This document shows, one piece after another, positions 42,237 to 51,332 of a stretch of 64,000 nt of DNA. The notes under the pieces are model-generated. The model ran no database searches. It saw nothing but the letters and a program-made list of their open reading frames with translations, and was not told the DNA's origin. The DNA lies in the NCBI GenBank assembly GCA_949300365.1, contig CASGEC010000002.1:4961-68960 (forward strand), in the 5' to 3' direction. This DNA comes from an uncultured Bacillota bacterium. GTDB lineage: Bacteria; Bacillota_I; Bacilli_A; RFN20; CAG-288. Both the position numbers and the translations under genes were made by a program. Each line of letters starts with the position of its first letter. Position 1 is the stretch's first letter.

Positions 42237-44896
42237 TCAGACCTCAAGGCGACGGCCGGATCCTTGTTGGCACCGATGTTTGCCGGGATGAGCCCGCTGA
42301 CGAGGGTCAAGACGATGCTGACAAGGACAAGGACGACAGCCAAGTATATCGGAAGACTTGCTATCGTATAGATACCGGTGATGTTGCCGACGATGGCGTT
42401 GATGATCACGGAGGCAAGATAGGTCACAAGGACGCCGAAGAGACCGCTTATGCCGCCGATGACGAACGTCTCGGCATTGAACAGGTTGCGGACATCGCCC
42501 TTTCTTCCGCCAAGGGAGCGGATGACGCCGATTTCCTTGACGCGCTCGATCACGCTGATGTAGGTGATGATGGCGATCATGACCGTCGAGACGACAAGGG
42601 AGAGGGCCGTAAAGCAGATAAGGGCGATGGTGACGATTGTTGTGATCATGCCGACCATGTCGAAGATAAGGGAGAGGTTGTCCGTGGCCGTTATCTTCTC
42701 TCGGCTCTCCTGGGATAGGACCTTGCCACTAGAGAGGGTGATATCCCCTTCCTCGTTCCAGCCGTTGAGGTAAGAGACGATCGTGTCATTGGCATCAAAG
42801 CCCTTCGGATAGATCTCGATGCGGTTGGGGATGCTCTCTCCGCCGACGTTCCTCTTGGAGAGGGTGTAGTAGCTTCCCCCTTGGCCCAAAAGGGCGGAAT
42901 AGAGACTTTCGCCGCTTCCGACATAGCCCGTGACGTTTGTGTATTCCTTATCGTTGAAATAGTAATCGTACTGATAGGTGATACCAAAGCTCGTGGAAAT
43001 TCCGCCTTCGGAAAGGGAAACCGAGCCGCTTTGGAATTCGTCCTTGCCTTCGTCGTTGAGATAGTTGACGATCTTGCTTTCCTTGTTGTCCTTCAGGAAT
43101 CGCTCTGTCAGCTCCTTGCTATAGTAGATTCCGGCATCCAGAGGGGCATAGTTGATGTTGTCCTTCTTCCGGAGGATGGTCTTGACCTTCAGGGACAAGC
43201 CTTTGGAAGAGATCTCGGAAGCGTCCTCGTGATAGGTAAAGGGCGTAAGGGGATTGACGCTCTTCTCATAGACCGCGTCGTTAGGATAGTAGAGGAATTC
43301 CTTCCCGAGGAAGTCGGTGGCCTTGAAGCTGTCCTTGTCCAAAGAGGGATCGTAGTTGGGATCCTCCATGGCCCTGTAGACGCGGTTGAAGAATTCCTCC
43401 TGGGTGTAGAAACCATACTGGCCAAGGAGGAGATCCGGAATCTTTCCATCCCCATCCAGGACCAGGACCAGCTCGTCCTCCTTGTGGATGAGCGGATTCT
43501 CCTCGTCGGTCGTAGCGACGACGTTATAGAGGGAGAGAAGGAAATCGTCTCCCGTCGTGATCTGCTGGAAGGGATAGGCCACCTCCCCGATAAGGCTTGT
43601 AAGGCTAGCCATCTCCGTCTTGGAAAGCATGTCGGCATACATCGAAATCGTCGCGCTGGCGGAGAGGTTCCTTGTTCCGTAGTGCTCGGAAGTGATGCCC
43701 GTGAAGATGTTGTTGGTGATGTCGATTCCATAGTCGAGGGTGATGGAATTGTAGAGGGAGGGATCGATATCGTTGACGAAGTCGACGTAGTCCATGGTGA
43801 TGTCGTTCTTGATCTCCATGTTGGACATGGCATTGGCCGAATCGATCAGGCTGCCGATGAGATCGTCGACCTGGATGACGCCGTCTTCGGTATGCTCGAT
43901 GACTTCACCGGTAGCCGACATCGCGTTCATGCTCTCCATCAGGGAGGAAAGGTCGTAGCTCTTCTCGGCGATGGTCAAGGGCGCGCTGTTGAGGAGGTCT
44001 TCCTCGCTGTCATTGATATAGTTGCTGACACCGCTGCTCACGGCAAGGACAAGACCGATGCCGATGATGCCGATGGAACCGGCAAAGCAGATAAGGGCCG
44101 TCCTCTTCCATTTGCTAAGAAGGTTCCTGACGGAAAGGCGGAAGGCCGCAAGGAAGGAGAGCTTGGCCTTCTTGTCCTCTGTCTTCTCCACCTCGGGAAC
44201 TTCCATGCTTTCCTCTTCTCGGATCGGATTGGAATCGTCGACAAGTTCCCCATCCAAAAGGCGAATCGTCCTTGTGGAATATTTCTCGGCAAGTTTCGGA
44301 TTGTGCGTGACCATGATGACCAGGCGGTCCTTTGCGATCTCGGCAAGAAGATCCATGACCTGGACGGAGGATTTGCTATCCAGGGCGCCGGTCGGCTCAT
44401 CGGCAAGGAGGATTTCCGGATCGTTGACAAGGGCTCGAGCGATAGCGACCCTTTGGCACTGGCCACCGCTAAGCTGGTTTGGCTTCTTGTTGATCTGATC
44501 GGCTAGACCGACCTTCTCCAGGATGGCCTTGCTTCTTTGGATGCGCTCCTCCCTCTTGACGCCGGAGATCGTCAAGGCCAGGGCGACGTTTTCGAGGATG
44601 GTCTGATGGGGGATGAGGTTGTAGGACTGGAAGACGAAGCCGATCTTCCTGTTTCGGTAATTGTCCCAATCCCTGTCCTTGTAGGAAGAGGTGGAAACGC
44701 CATCGATCTCAAGCTCGCCGGAGGTGGCATGGTCGAGCCCGCCGATGATGTTGAGAAGCGTCGTCTTTCCGCAGCCGGAAGGGCCGAGGATGGAGACGAA
44801 CTCGTTGGAGCGGAAGGTGATGCTGATGCCTTTCAGGGCGTGGACGCAATTGGTTCCGAGACGATAGTCCTTTTGGATATCCTTAAGCTTGAGCAT
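42233..44896 (-). CDS. fused ABC transporter: ATPase plus MacB/FtsX-type permease with a large extracytoplasmic domain
   Basis: N-terminal GPSGCGKTT, LSGGQCQR and LLADEPTGALD. TM helix near residue 270, about 450 extracellular residues, then a C-terminal FtsX-like 3-TM bundle. Confidence 0.85.
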   Translation of the reverse strand: MLKLKDIQKDYRLGTNCVHALKGISITFRSNEFVSILGPSGCGKTTLLNIIGGLDHATSGELEIDGVSTSSYKDRDWDNYRNRKIGFVFQSYNLIPHQTILENVALALTISGVKREERIQRSKAILEKVGLADQINKKPNQLSGGQCQRVAIARALVNDPEILLADEPTGALDSKSSVQVMDLLAEIAKDRLVIMVTHNPKLAEKYSTRTIRLLDGELVDDSNPIREEESMEVPEVEKTEDKKAKLSFLAAFRLSVRNLLSKWKRTALICFAGSIGIIGIGLVLAVSSGVSNYINDSEEDLLNSAPLTIAEKSYDLSSLMESMNAMSATGEVIEHTEDGVIQVDDLIGSLIDSANAMSNMEIKNDITMDYVDFVNDIDPSLYNSITLDYGIDITNNIFTGITSEHYGTRNLSASATISMYADMLSKTEMASLTSLIGEVAYPFQQITTGDDFLLSLYNVVATTDEENPLIHKEDELVLVLDGDGKIPDLLLGQYGFYTQEEFFNRVYRAMEDPNYDPSLDKDSFKATDFLGKEFLYYPNDAVYEKSVNPLTPFTYHEDASEISSKGLSLKVKTILRKKDNINYAPLDAGIYYSKELTERFLKDNKESKIVNYLNDEGKDEFQSGSVSLSEGGISTSFGITYQYDYYFNDKEYTNVTGYVGSGESLYSALLGQGGSYYTLSKRNVGGESIPNRIEIYPKGFDANDTIVSYLNGWNEEGDITLSSGKVLSQESREKITATDNLSLIFDMVGMITTIVTIALICFTALSLVVSTVMIAIITYISVIERVKEIGVIRSLGGRKGDVRNLFNAETFVIGGISGLFGVLVTYLASVIINAIVGNITGIYTIASLPIYLAVVLVLVSIVLTLVSGLIPANIGANKDPAVALRSE

Positions 44897-45332
44897 GGCG
44901 CTTTTCCTCCTTGTCTTTTCTAATGGCGTTAGCTTTGATGATTTTCTTCACGATGTCGAAGAGGGTCTTCTTCTCTTCGGGATTCAATATCGAGAGCCTG
45001 TCATCGATATAGGCCTCAAGCTTTGCCTTGGCCTTATTCAGAGTCTCCATTCCTTCTTTCGTGATACGGACGACCGTCTTCCTTTTGTCCCGCACGGGCT
45101 TGTATTTTTCCACAAGTCCCCGCTTCTGCATGCGTGCCAGAATGACGGCAATACGGGCCGTGGAGACCTCCAGATCGTCGGCAAGCTCCCCGGAAAGGAC
45201 TTCCCTATCCAGTCTTGAGGAAAGATAGAGGAGGATCGGTATTGTTCCTGTCATGCCTTCCGAAAGACGTTCGATAAACTCCTTCGGTTTCGTCTTCAGG
45301 AGCAGGGAAAGATATTCCTGGCTGTAGTCCAT
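44883..45332 (-). CDS. MarR-family transcriptional regulator
   Basis: 149-aa winged HTH (LADDLEVSTARIAVILARMQKRGLVEK). Overlaps the ABC gene start by 14 nt. Confidence 0.8.
   Translation of the reverse strand: MDYSQEYLSLLLKTKPKEFIERLSEGMTGTIPILLYLSSRLDREVLSGELADDLEVSTARIAVILARMQKRGLVEKYKPVRDKRKTVVRITKEGMETLNKAKAKLEAYIDDRLSILNPEEKKTLFDIVKKIIKANAIRKDKEEKRHAQA
44920..44932. promoter_or_regulatory. second copy of the palindromic operator-like site (CTAATGGCGTTAG)
   Basis: One mismatch from the 45355-45367 core. Lies 24-36 nt upstream of the ABC start codon, inside the marR 3' end. Confidence 0.35.
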
Positions 45333-45353
45333 CTTTTCTCCTTGATAGCATTA

Positions 45354-45368
45354 ACTAACGGCGTTAGT
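45354..45368. promoter_or_regulatory. perfect 15-nt palindrome ACTAACG-G-CGTTAGT, candidate MarR operator
   Basis: Sits between the -10 box and the SD of marR on the minus strand. Confidence 0.45.
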
Positions 45369-45369
45369 C

Positions 45370-45398
45370 ATTATAGGTCCCCTTCCTTTCATCGACAA
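45370..45398 (-). promoter_or_regulatory. marR operon promoter TTGTCG-17-TATAAT
   Basis: On the minus strand, -35 is at 45398-45393 and -10 at 45375-45370. Confidence 0.5.
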
Positions 45399-45550
45399 GA
45401 AAAAACGATGGTAAGCGATTGCAAGAAAGAAGGAAGAAAACACGAATCCAAAAATGACATCAAAAGCGAGGTATCACGGCCAAGGCAGTACCTCTCTTGT
45501 CGATTCCTGAATAAGCTGAAAGGATTCCTTGAATCGACTCCCCGGACGGC

Positions 45551-47287
45551 TCATCCCGACATGGTAAGGAAGATTAGAAGATAGGAAAGGACATTGCTGG
45601 CAAAGTAGAAAACACCGGCGAAGAGATCCATGGCCGGCTTTCTCTTTCCAATGTTCTTGCAAAAGAGAAGGATGAAGGGAACAAGTAGCGGAAGGTAAAG
45701 ATAGCCAGTAAGACCCAAAGTCTTGGTCCATTGCTCGTTGTTCATCAAGGAAAGGGCAAGAAGGCGGAAGGCGACCTTTCGAAGCGGATGCCTCTCAAGG
45801 AAGGCAGGCTTCGAGAAAAGAGAAGAGGAAAGCAAGGCAAACAGGCCCATCGGAAGGAAGAGGTTGCTCGGGAAGAAGCCGACCAGCAAGTTCAGGAAGA
45901 AACTCTGTGCCCGGGAAAGGTCATAGATGAGGAGGCATTCCAGCGTCGTGAACAACGCGCCGGCAAAAAGATAGGTGACGGCCGTCGAAAAAGCCCGGTC
46001 CCCCAAGATCTTCCGATGAAGGTTGAGGAAGAGGATCAGGACATTCGCCAAGGGAAGCGCACCCTTCAGGAAAGAAATGATGGCATCGATATTGGGAATA
46101 TCCGGAACATGGTAGAGGCCGAAAAGATTGGAAAAAACAAGGAAAGGCGAAAGCTGGCAGAAGAAGAAAAGGAGGAGGGACAGAACAAGAAAGACGTATT
46201 CCTTTATCAGGGGTGCAATAGGCCAATCCCGAGGCAAAGGAAAACGTCCGAGAACATCTTCCCCGCCTTCCAGACGGAAACGGCTTCTCCGGTTGAGACT
46301 GAAAAGGGAAAGAAGAAAGACAGCGGCCGAAACAAGATAGATGGTCCCAACCAAGAAGGTGATGTAATAGGACTCCGACTCATGGCTATAGCACTGGTAT
46401 TGCCCAAGACGAAGATTATCCAAAAAAGTGAAAAGACGGATGGAAAAACGAATCGACATCGTCTCGTCAATCGTTTTGGTAACGGCCGGATAAAGGGAAA
46501 GGATGGTGATATTCGTCAAGAAAGAATCATTGCTTTCGAGAGCTTCGTTTTCGATGGTTTCCAAAAGGATGTCATCTTCATAATAATTGAGAATATAATG
46601 AAATATTACCTTGTTATCTTTTGAATCATCGAGATTGATAACATCCAATCTTTGATTGAAGGTGTCCGCAAAAAACCGGAACTGGAATAAGGCATCGCCA
46701 TCCTCTAAGGTATAGGTCACGGCACTCTCGCCGACATGCTTCTTGGAAGAGGGGACGCAATAGGAAATGCCATTATCCTCCGTCAATATCCAGGCATCGC
46801 CATCCTGTTCTCCATCCGACATGATTTCATCGCGTACATCGAATAGATTGCTGGCAAAAAACGGAGTCACGTCATAATGGTAAGGAATGCATTCCTGCAA
46901 GGAAAGGAAGAAAAAGATAAAGGACAACAACGCAAGAAGGAAAGAAAGAAGGCGTGTCAATTTCTTTTCAAGAAGGGAGCTTAAGGACAGCCTTTCCTTC
47001 TTTTCTTCCGGCCAGAGATAGGGATAGCCAAGATCCTCTTCCGGACGATATTCTTCCGGAAAGATATCCAAGACTTCTATTAGCCTCTTCTTCTTGTTTT
47101 CTCCTGGATATGCCGTCCCTTCCTCATAGCGTTTCAAGAGGAAAGAAGGGATCTTCGTCGCTTTTCCAAGGTCAGAAAAAGACACAGCTTTTTCAAGACG
47201 CTTTTTCACGCTGGATCCGGTTCCATTCCATGGAACTATGATAAACAAAAGACTTGGAAAAAGAAAAGCCGATTGATATTGTTCCAA
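45551..47287 (-). CDS. XRE-type HTH fused to a polytopic membrane protein
   Basis: HTH-like segment LEKAVSFSDLGKATKIPSFLLKRYEEG, then one TM, a ~170-aa loop domain and at least 6 further TM helices. The true start is probably GTG 47209, since the first 26 codons look non-coding. Confidence 0.6.
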   Translation of the reverse strand: MEQYQSAFLFPSLLFIIVPWNGTGSSVKKRLEKAVSFSDLGKATKIPSFLLKRYEEGTAYPGENKKKRLIEVLDIFPEEYRPEEDLGYPYLWPEEKKERLSLSSLLEKKLTRLLSFLLALLSFIFFFLSLQECIPYHYDVTPFFASNLFDVRDEIMSDGEQDGDAWILTEDNGISYCVPSSKKHVGESAVTYTLEDGDALFQFRFFADTFNQRLDVINLDDSKDNKVIFHYILNYYEDDILLETIENEALESNDSFLTNITILSLYPAVTKTIDETMSIRFSIRLFTFLDNLRLGQYQCYSHESESYYITFLVGTIYLVSAAVFLLSLFSLNRRSRFRLEGGEDVLGRFPLPRDWPIAPLIKEYVFLVLSLLLFFFCQLSPFLVFSNLFGLYHVPDIPNIDAIISFLKGALPLANVLILFLNLHRKILGDRAFSTAVTYLFAGALFTTLECLLIYDLSRAQSFFLNLLVGFFPSNLFLPMGLFALLSSSLFSKPAFLERHPLRKVAFRLLALSLMNNEQWTKTLGLTGYLYLPLLVPFILLFCKNIGKRKPAMDLFAGVFYFASNVLSYLLIFLTMSG

Positions 47288-47726
47288 AAGAATGATAAGG
47301 GTGATGAACCCTTTTTGTAACGGCTCGGAAGATTCCTTCGTTTACGAGGAAGCAGTATTGGAACCTGTTATTACCATTGAAAATAGGCGAACATGGCCGA
47401 AAATACGTGCTTTTTGCAACCGACATCGAACACTTTTGAGGTAACGATGCCACTGAGAACCAGAAGGACAATAGAACAAAAGGAACTAATTTAGTCAAAA
47501 GAAGAAAAATGGAAACTTAGAAATAATAATGATTAAAGTCTTCAAAAAGGGCAATTGCTTCAACAACGAGTAAGAAATTATCGACTTTTTGTAAGAGGAG
47601 CCAGAGGAGGAGAATCCTTTATCCTTTATTTTGGGTACAGGGATGATTATGTGTGGGCTTTTCGGCGAGTGTTTTATCGATGTTTCTTGACTCTTTTGCG
47701 CTGGAGAGTGAAACATTCTTTTCTGT

Positions 47727-47755
47727 TTGCCTTTACTTTGCAGCGTTGTTAAAAT
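47727..47755 (+). promoter_or_regulatory. promoter TTGCCT-17-TAAAAT, 6 nt before the GT8 ATG (leaderless candidate)
   Basis: Hexamers at 47727-47732 and 47750-47755. There is no purine-rich SD before ATG 47762. Confidence 0.4.
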
Positions 47756-47761
47756 CATCGT

Positions 47762-48610
47762 ATGAATATAAACGTCGGTTTTGCCGGAAACGCTCACGTA
47801 TTCCCCGGACTCTTGATGGCATTGACTTCGATTTGGAAAAACGCCTCTCGACCTGTCGACGCTTATATTTTGACGGGTGATTTCCACGACCTGGATTCCA
47901 GCTATCGCCCTTTCTCGGCGGAGATGATTTCCTATTTGGAGAAAGTCGGGCATGCCTATCATCCCGAAAACGCCATCCATGTCATCGATATGACGCCCTT
48001 CAAGGAAGACATCTATCGTTGCAAGGGAATCAAGAGCCGCTTTTCGATCTACGCCTATCTCCGGCTCTATTATGACAAGGTGGATGGTATGCCCGATCGT
48101 CTTCTTTATCTTGATATCGATACCGTATGCCTTAAGGATATCGCACCTCTCTTCGATACGGATCTGAAAGGAAATTCCATCGGCGCGATTCTGGATCCTG
48201 TCGCCATCAAGTGGATCAGCCCAGTCTATTGCAATTCCGGTGTCCTTCTCTTGGACATGAAGAAGATTCGAAGCAACGGTCGCCTTGCCCTCTGTCGGAA
48301 AATGGTCCAGAAAAGACGCATGTTCATGCCCGATCAGTCCGCCATCAACAAATGGTTCAAGGATGACATCCTGCGCCTAGACGGGAAATACAACGAACAG
48401 ATCCACGTCAAGGAAGATACGGCCATCCGGCATTATTGCACTGTTTTCAAGGTGTTCCCTTATATCCATTACATCAAGGCAAAGCCATGGGGTGACCTTG
48501 AGGAGTTCCACAAGCAAAGAAAGGAATACGACCTGGATCCTTTCTTGCTATATTGCCATCGCCTTCTGGAAAGCTTTCAGAAAAAGGAAGAACCCAAAAT
48601 CGAGAAGTGA
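47762..48610 (+). CDS. family 8 glycosyltransferase
   Basis: The N-terminus resembles LgtC-type GT8. DxD motif in YLDIDTVCL, plus NSGVLLLDM. Confidence 0.8.
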   Translation: MNINVGFAGNAHVFPGLLMALTSIWKNASRPVDAYILTGDFHDLDSSYRPFSAEMISYLEKVGHAYHPENAIHVIDMTPFKEDIYRCKGIKSRFSIYAYLRLYYDKVDGMPDRLLYLDIDTVCLKDIAPLFDTDLKGNSIGAILDPVAIKWISPVYCNSGVLLLDMKKIRSNGRLALCRKMVQKRRMFMPDQSAINKWFKDDILRLDGKYNEQIHVKEDTAIRHYCTVFKVFPYIHYIKAKPWGDLEEFHKQRKEYDLDPFLLYCHRLLESFQKKEEPKIEK

Positions 48611-48740
48611 CTTCATTCCGACGAGGAATCGTTGGGATTTTCTTTTTCCTCTTCTTTTATCGGTAGGGATATTGTTTTGTTAGGACAGCCAAAATCCTTG
48701 GATTCGTACCTTTGATTCTCAATAAACGTGCTCCGGAAAC

Positions 48741-48763
48741 AAAAAATGCCCGATTTCTCGGGC
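48741..48763 (-). terminator. intrinsic terminator after tRNA-Leu
   Basis: Minus strand reads GCCCGA-GAAA-TCGGGC (48748-48763) followed by ATTTTTT. Confidence 0.65.
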
Positions 48764-48777
48764 AATCATAGGTACAG

Positions 48778-48861
<84 letters not shown>

Positions 48862-48877
48862 AAAAGTCAGCCTCTAA

Positions 48878-48906
48878 ATTATACGGGCTCTTTATTCTTA
48901 ATGCAA
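48878..48906 (-). promoter_or_regulatory. tRNA-Leu promoter TTGCAT-17-TATAAT
   Basis: On the minus strand, -35 is at 48906-48901 and -10 at 48883-48878, about 17 nt before the mature 5' end. Confidence 0.6.
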
Positions 48907-48926
48907 GGACATATTAAAATATTTTC

Positions 48927-49604
48927 ATGACCGACAAGAGAAAGTCCCTGGGATGCTGTGAGTTCGTGCTTCGGGATGGAAGAAGGATACCTGTCCATCT
49001 TTTCCTCAGAAGCAGCGGCAGAAGCCTCTCCATTCGCCTGTCCTACGGGGAAGTGGATTGCTATGTCCGTCCCTACCATACGATGGAACAGATACAGAGG
49101 CTTCTGGAACGGGCCCTGTCCAAAAGGGAAGGGTTCTATCTTGATCGGCCGTTCTATAAGGAAGGGGAATATCTCTTCTGCCTAGGGAAAAAGAAGAGGA
49201 TCGTCTATGGGACAGGCGGGGATGAGACGGCGTTTGCCGTCCGTTCCAACTGCAAGAATCCCTTGGTCCGCTTCCGTGCCCTTTTCCAGGGGTATGTCGA
49301 GAAGAGGACGAAGGAAATCGGAAGGCGGATGGGATTGGATCTTACAGGGTATCGGATAAGGACCGGCCTCTTTCTTAGCTACTATGGCTGTTGCTTCCCG
49401 ACGAAGAAGCAGATCAAGTTCGACTACCGCCTCTACGCCTATCAACCGCAGATCATCGACAGCGTCATCTATCATGAGGTCACCCATCTTTTCGAAAAGG
49501 GACACAACGACCGGTTCTACAAAATCCTCTATCTCTATTGTCCGGAATACGACAAACTCAATGCCCTTCTTGCGAGAGGGGTATTCGAAGGAGAAACGAT
49601 ATGA
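48927..49604 (+). CDS. YgjP-like metallopeptidase (DUF45/M48 superfamily)
   Basis: HExxH motif in VIYHEVTHLFEKGH near the C-terminus, typical of DUF45. Confidence 0.65.
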   Translation: MTDKRKSLGCCEFVLRDGRRIPVHLFLRSSGRSLSIRLSYGEVDCYVRPYHTMEQIQRLLERALSKREGFYLDRPFYKEGEYLFCLGKKKRIVYGTGGDETAFAVRSNCKNPLVRFRALFQGYVEKRTKEIGRRMGLDLTGYRIRTGLFLSYYGCCFPTKKQIKFDYRLYAYQPQIIDSVIYHEVTHLFEKGHNDRFYKILYLYCPEYDKLNALLARGVFEGETI

Positions 49605-50317
49605 TCAAGGAAATCACAAGCAAGGACAATGCCCTCTATCGGGAACTCTTGGATATCAAGAAAGGCGATGGGAAGGATGGCTTCTTTCTGGCCGAAGGGG
49701 AAGATCTCTATGCAGAGGCCTTGCACAAGAAGTGCCTTGTCCGCTTGATCGTTCCCTTTGGTTCCTCCTTTGAAAAGACCTTTCCGGATATCGTCCTTTT
49801 GAAGGATTCCCTTTACAAATCCCTTTCCAACTACAAGTCCCTTCCGCCTTGCCTCCTTCTCTGCCAGAAGAAAGAGAGCGAAAAGCTCGGGGACAGGATT
49901 CTCTATCTGGATGGCATCCAGGACCCGGGAAACCTCGGCACCCTGATGCGGACGGCCTTGGCCTTCTCCTATGATGGTATCGGCCTTTCCAAGGATTGTG
50001 TTTCCATCTATAATAGTAAAGTCATCCAGTCCTCAAAAGGAGCTATCTTCCACCTTCCGTTCAAGCAGTGCGAGCTTTCCCGACTCAAGGAAGAAGGCTA
50101 TCCGATTTATCTAACGACCTTGGATGGCATCGACATGGAGGAGATCCCATCCCTTGGCGAGCGCTTTGTCCTTGTCCTTGGAAATGAAGGGCACGGCATC
50201 CGGAAAGAGAACCTCGGCCTCGGAAAGAGGATCACGATCGCGATGAAGAACATCGACTCCCTCAACGTGGCCATGGCCGGAGCCATCGTCATGTATCGAT
50301 ACAGGAGAAAAGAATGA
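49601..50317 (+). CDS. TrmH/SpoU-family RNA 2'-O-methyltransferase
   Basis: Motifs DGIQDPGNLGTLMRTA, LVLGNEGHGI and SLNVAMAGAI. ATGA-coupled to the upstream gene, with GAAGGAG SD. Confidence 0.8.
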   Translation: MIKEITSKDNALYRELLDIKKGDGKDGFFLAEGEDLYAEALHKKCLVRLIVPFGSSFEKTFPDIVLLKDSLYKSLSNYKSLPPCLLLCQKKESEKLGDRILYLDGIQDPGNLGTLMRTALAFSYDGIGLSKDCVSIYNSKVIQSSKGAIFHLPFKQCELSRLKEEGYPIYLTTLDGIDMEEIPSLGERFVLVLGNEGHGIRKENLGLGKRITIAMKNIDSLNVAMAGAIVMYRYRRKE

Positions 50318-51249
50318 AAGAAGAAATCGTCCATGTGACTCGGGAGAAGGATCCCGGGTTCGACTTCGCAAGACCGACCCGTAAGACCGTGCTCCTTTGC
50401 ACGAACGGCTTTCAGAACGCCGACATCCACGATGCCACGGCCATGAAGGAATACTTCGAGAGGAACTTCGCCAAGGATTTCCCCATGTGCACGATCGAAC
50501 CCGTCCAGCTCTTTCACCCGGCCGAACCCAAGACCCATCGCGCCCATCTCTACGAAAGGATACTCGACGCGAAGATCCGGGAATACATCGCCAAGGGCTA
50601 TGACATCGTCCTCATGGGCTATTCCTTCTCCGCTGCCCTTTCCTGCAAGCTCCAGAACCGCTACAAGGACCACATCCATAAATTGATCCTCGTGGCTCCG
50701 ATCTACGATACGATCGTCAACCACATGATCGAAGGCTATATCCGCTATGTCCTCAAGTTCCGCCGCCTCTCCAAGAAATACGGTGCGGCTGTCGCCAGGG
50801 CGATGGGCCGGAATACGACCAAGGGCATGATCGGCCTTCTTCTTTCCATCCTCCGCTCCATCCTCTTCTGCAGGGGCTATTACAAGAAGGTCACATGCGA
50901 TACAATCATCATCCGCGGCGATGAAGACGAGCTCTGCACGCCACACTCCCTTCATAAGGTAAGATACAAGATGAAGAACAGAAACATCCTCTATTCCTAC
51001 AAGAAGATGAACCATGGAATCCTGAAGACCGTCCGCGACAATGGCGCCGTCTTCGAGGATGTTCTCTCTTATGCCTTTGGAACCTCGAGGCTCATTCCGA
51101 CAAGCGAGTCCCTGCTCGCGCCCAAGGCCGTGGAAAGGAAGGTGAAGCTGGATAGCGATGGCAATCCGATTCCGACTTTCGCCGAGATTTTCGACCAGCT
51201 CGATCCGGAGGCGGAGGATTCCTACGCGGAGGACCAGAAGGCGCTGTAA
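50314..51249 (+). CDS. alpha/beta-fold hydrolase (putative)
   Basis: Nucleophile-elbow-like LMGYSFSA and a C-terminal His (MNHGI). Confidence 0.5.
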   Translation: MKEEIVHVTREKDPGFDFARPTRKTVLLCTNGFQNADIHDATAMKEYFERNFAKDFPMCTIEPVQLFHPAEPKTHRAHLYERILDAKIREYIAKGYDIVLMGYSFSAALSCKLQNRYKDHIHKLILVAPIYDTIVNHMIEGYIRYVLKFRRLSKKYGAAVARAMGRNTTKGMIGLLLSILRSILFCRGYYKKVTCDTIIIRGDEDELCTPHSLHKVRYKMKNRNILYSYKKMNHGILKTVRDNGAVFEDVLSYAFGTSRLIPTSESLLAPKAVERKVKLDSDGNPIPTFAEIFDQLDPEAEDSYAEDQKAL

Positions 51250-51256
51250 CTTTTGT

Positions 51257-51285
51257 TTGTGTACTAAAGAATATTCATATATAAT
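51257..51285 (+). promoter_or_regulatory. ileS promoter TTGTGT-17-TATAAT
   Basis: Hexamers at 51257-51262 and 51280-51285. Confidence 0.5.
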
Positions 51286-51288
51286 CTT

Positions 51289-51314
51289 TGGGCAGCCTTA
51301 GTTGCCCATTTTTT
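51289..51314 (+). terminator. hairpin TGGGCA-8-TGCCCA followed by TTTTTT, terminator of the upstream hydrolase gene
   Basis: Arms at 51289-51294 and 51303-51308, T-run at 51309-51314. Confidence 0.5.
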
Positions 51315-51332
51315 GGTTGCAAGGAGGTCGTC

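Noticed and set aside
47288-47761. AT-rich 474-nt spacer as a replication origin or riboswitch. Also the idea that mnmG plus parA mark an oriC-proximal region.
   Set aside because: I saw no dnaA or dnaN and no cluster of TTATCCACA-like boxes. mnmG and parA are 9 kb apart and not in the canonical mnmG-rsmG-noc-soj-spo0J order.
51250-51332. T-box leader upstream of ileS.
   Set aside because: The intergenic region is 83 nt and contains only one short hairpin. It has no specifier loop or T-box sequence.
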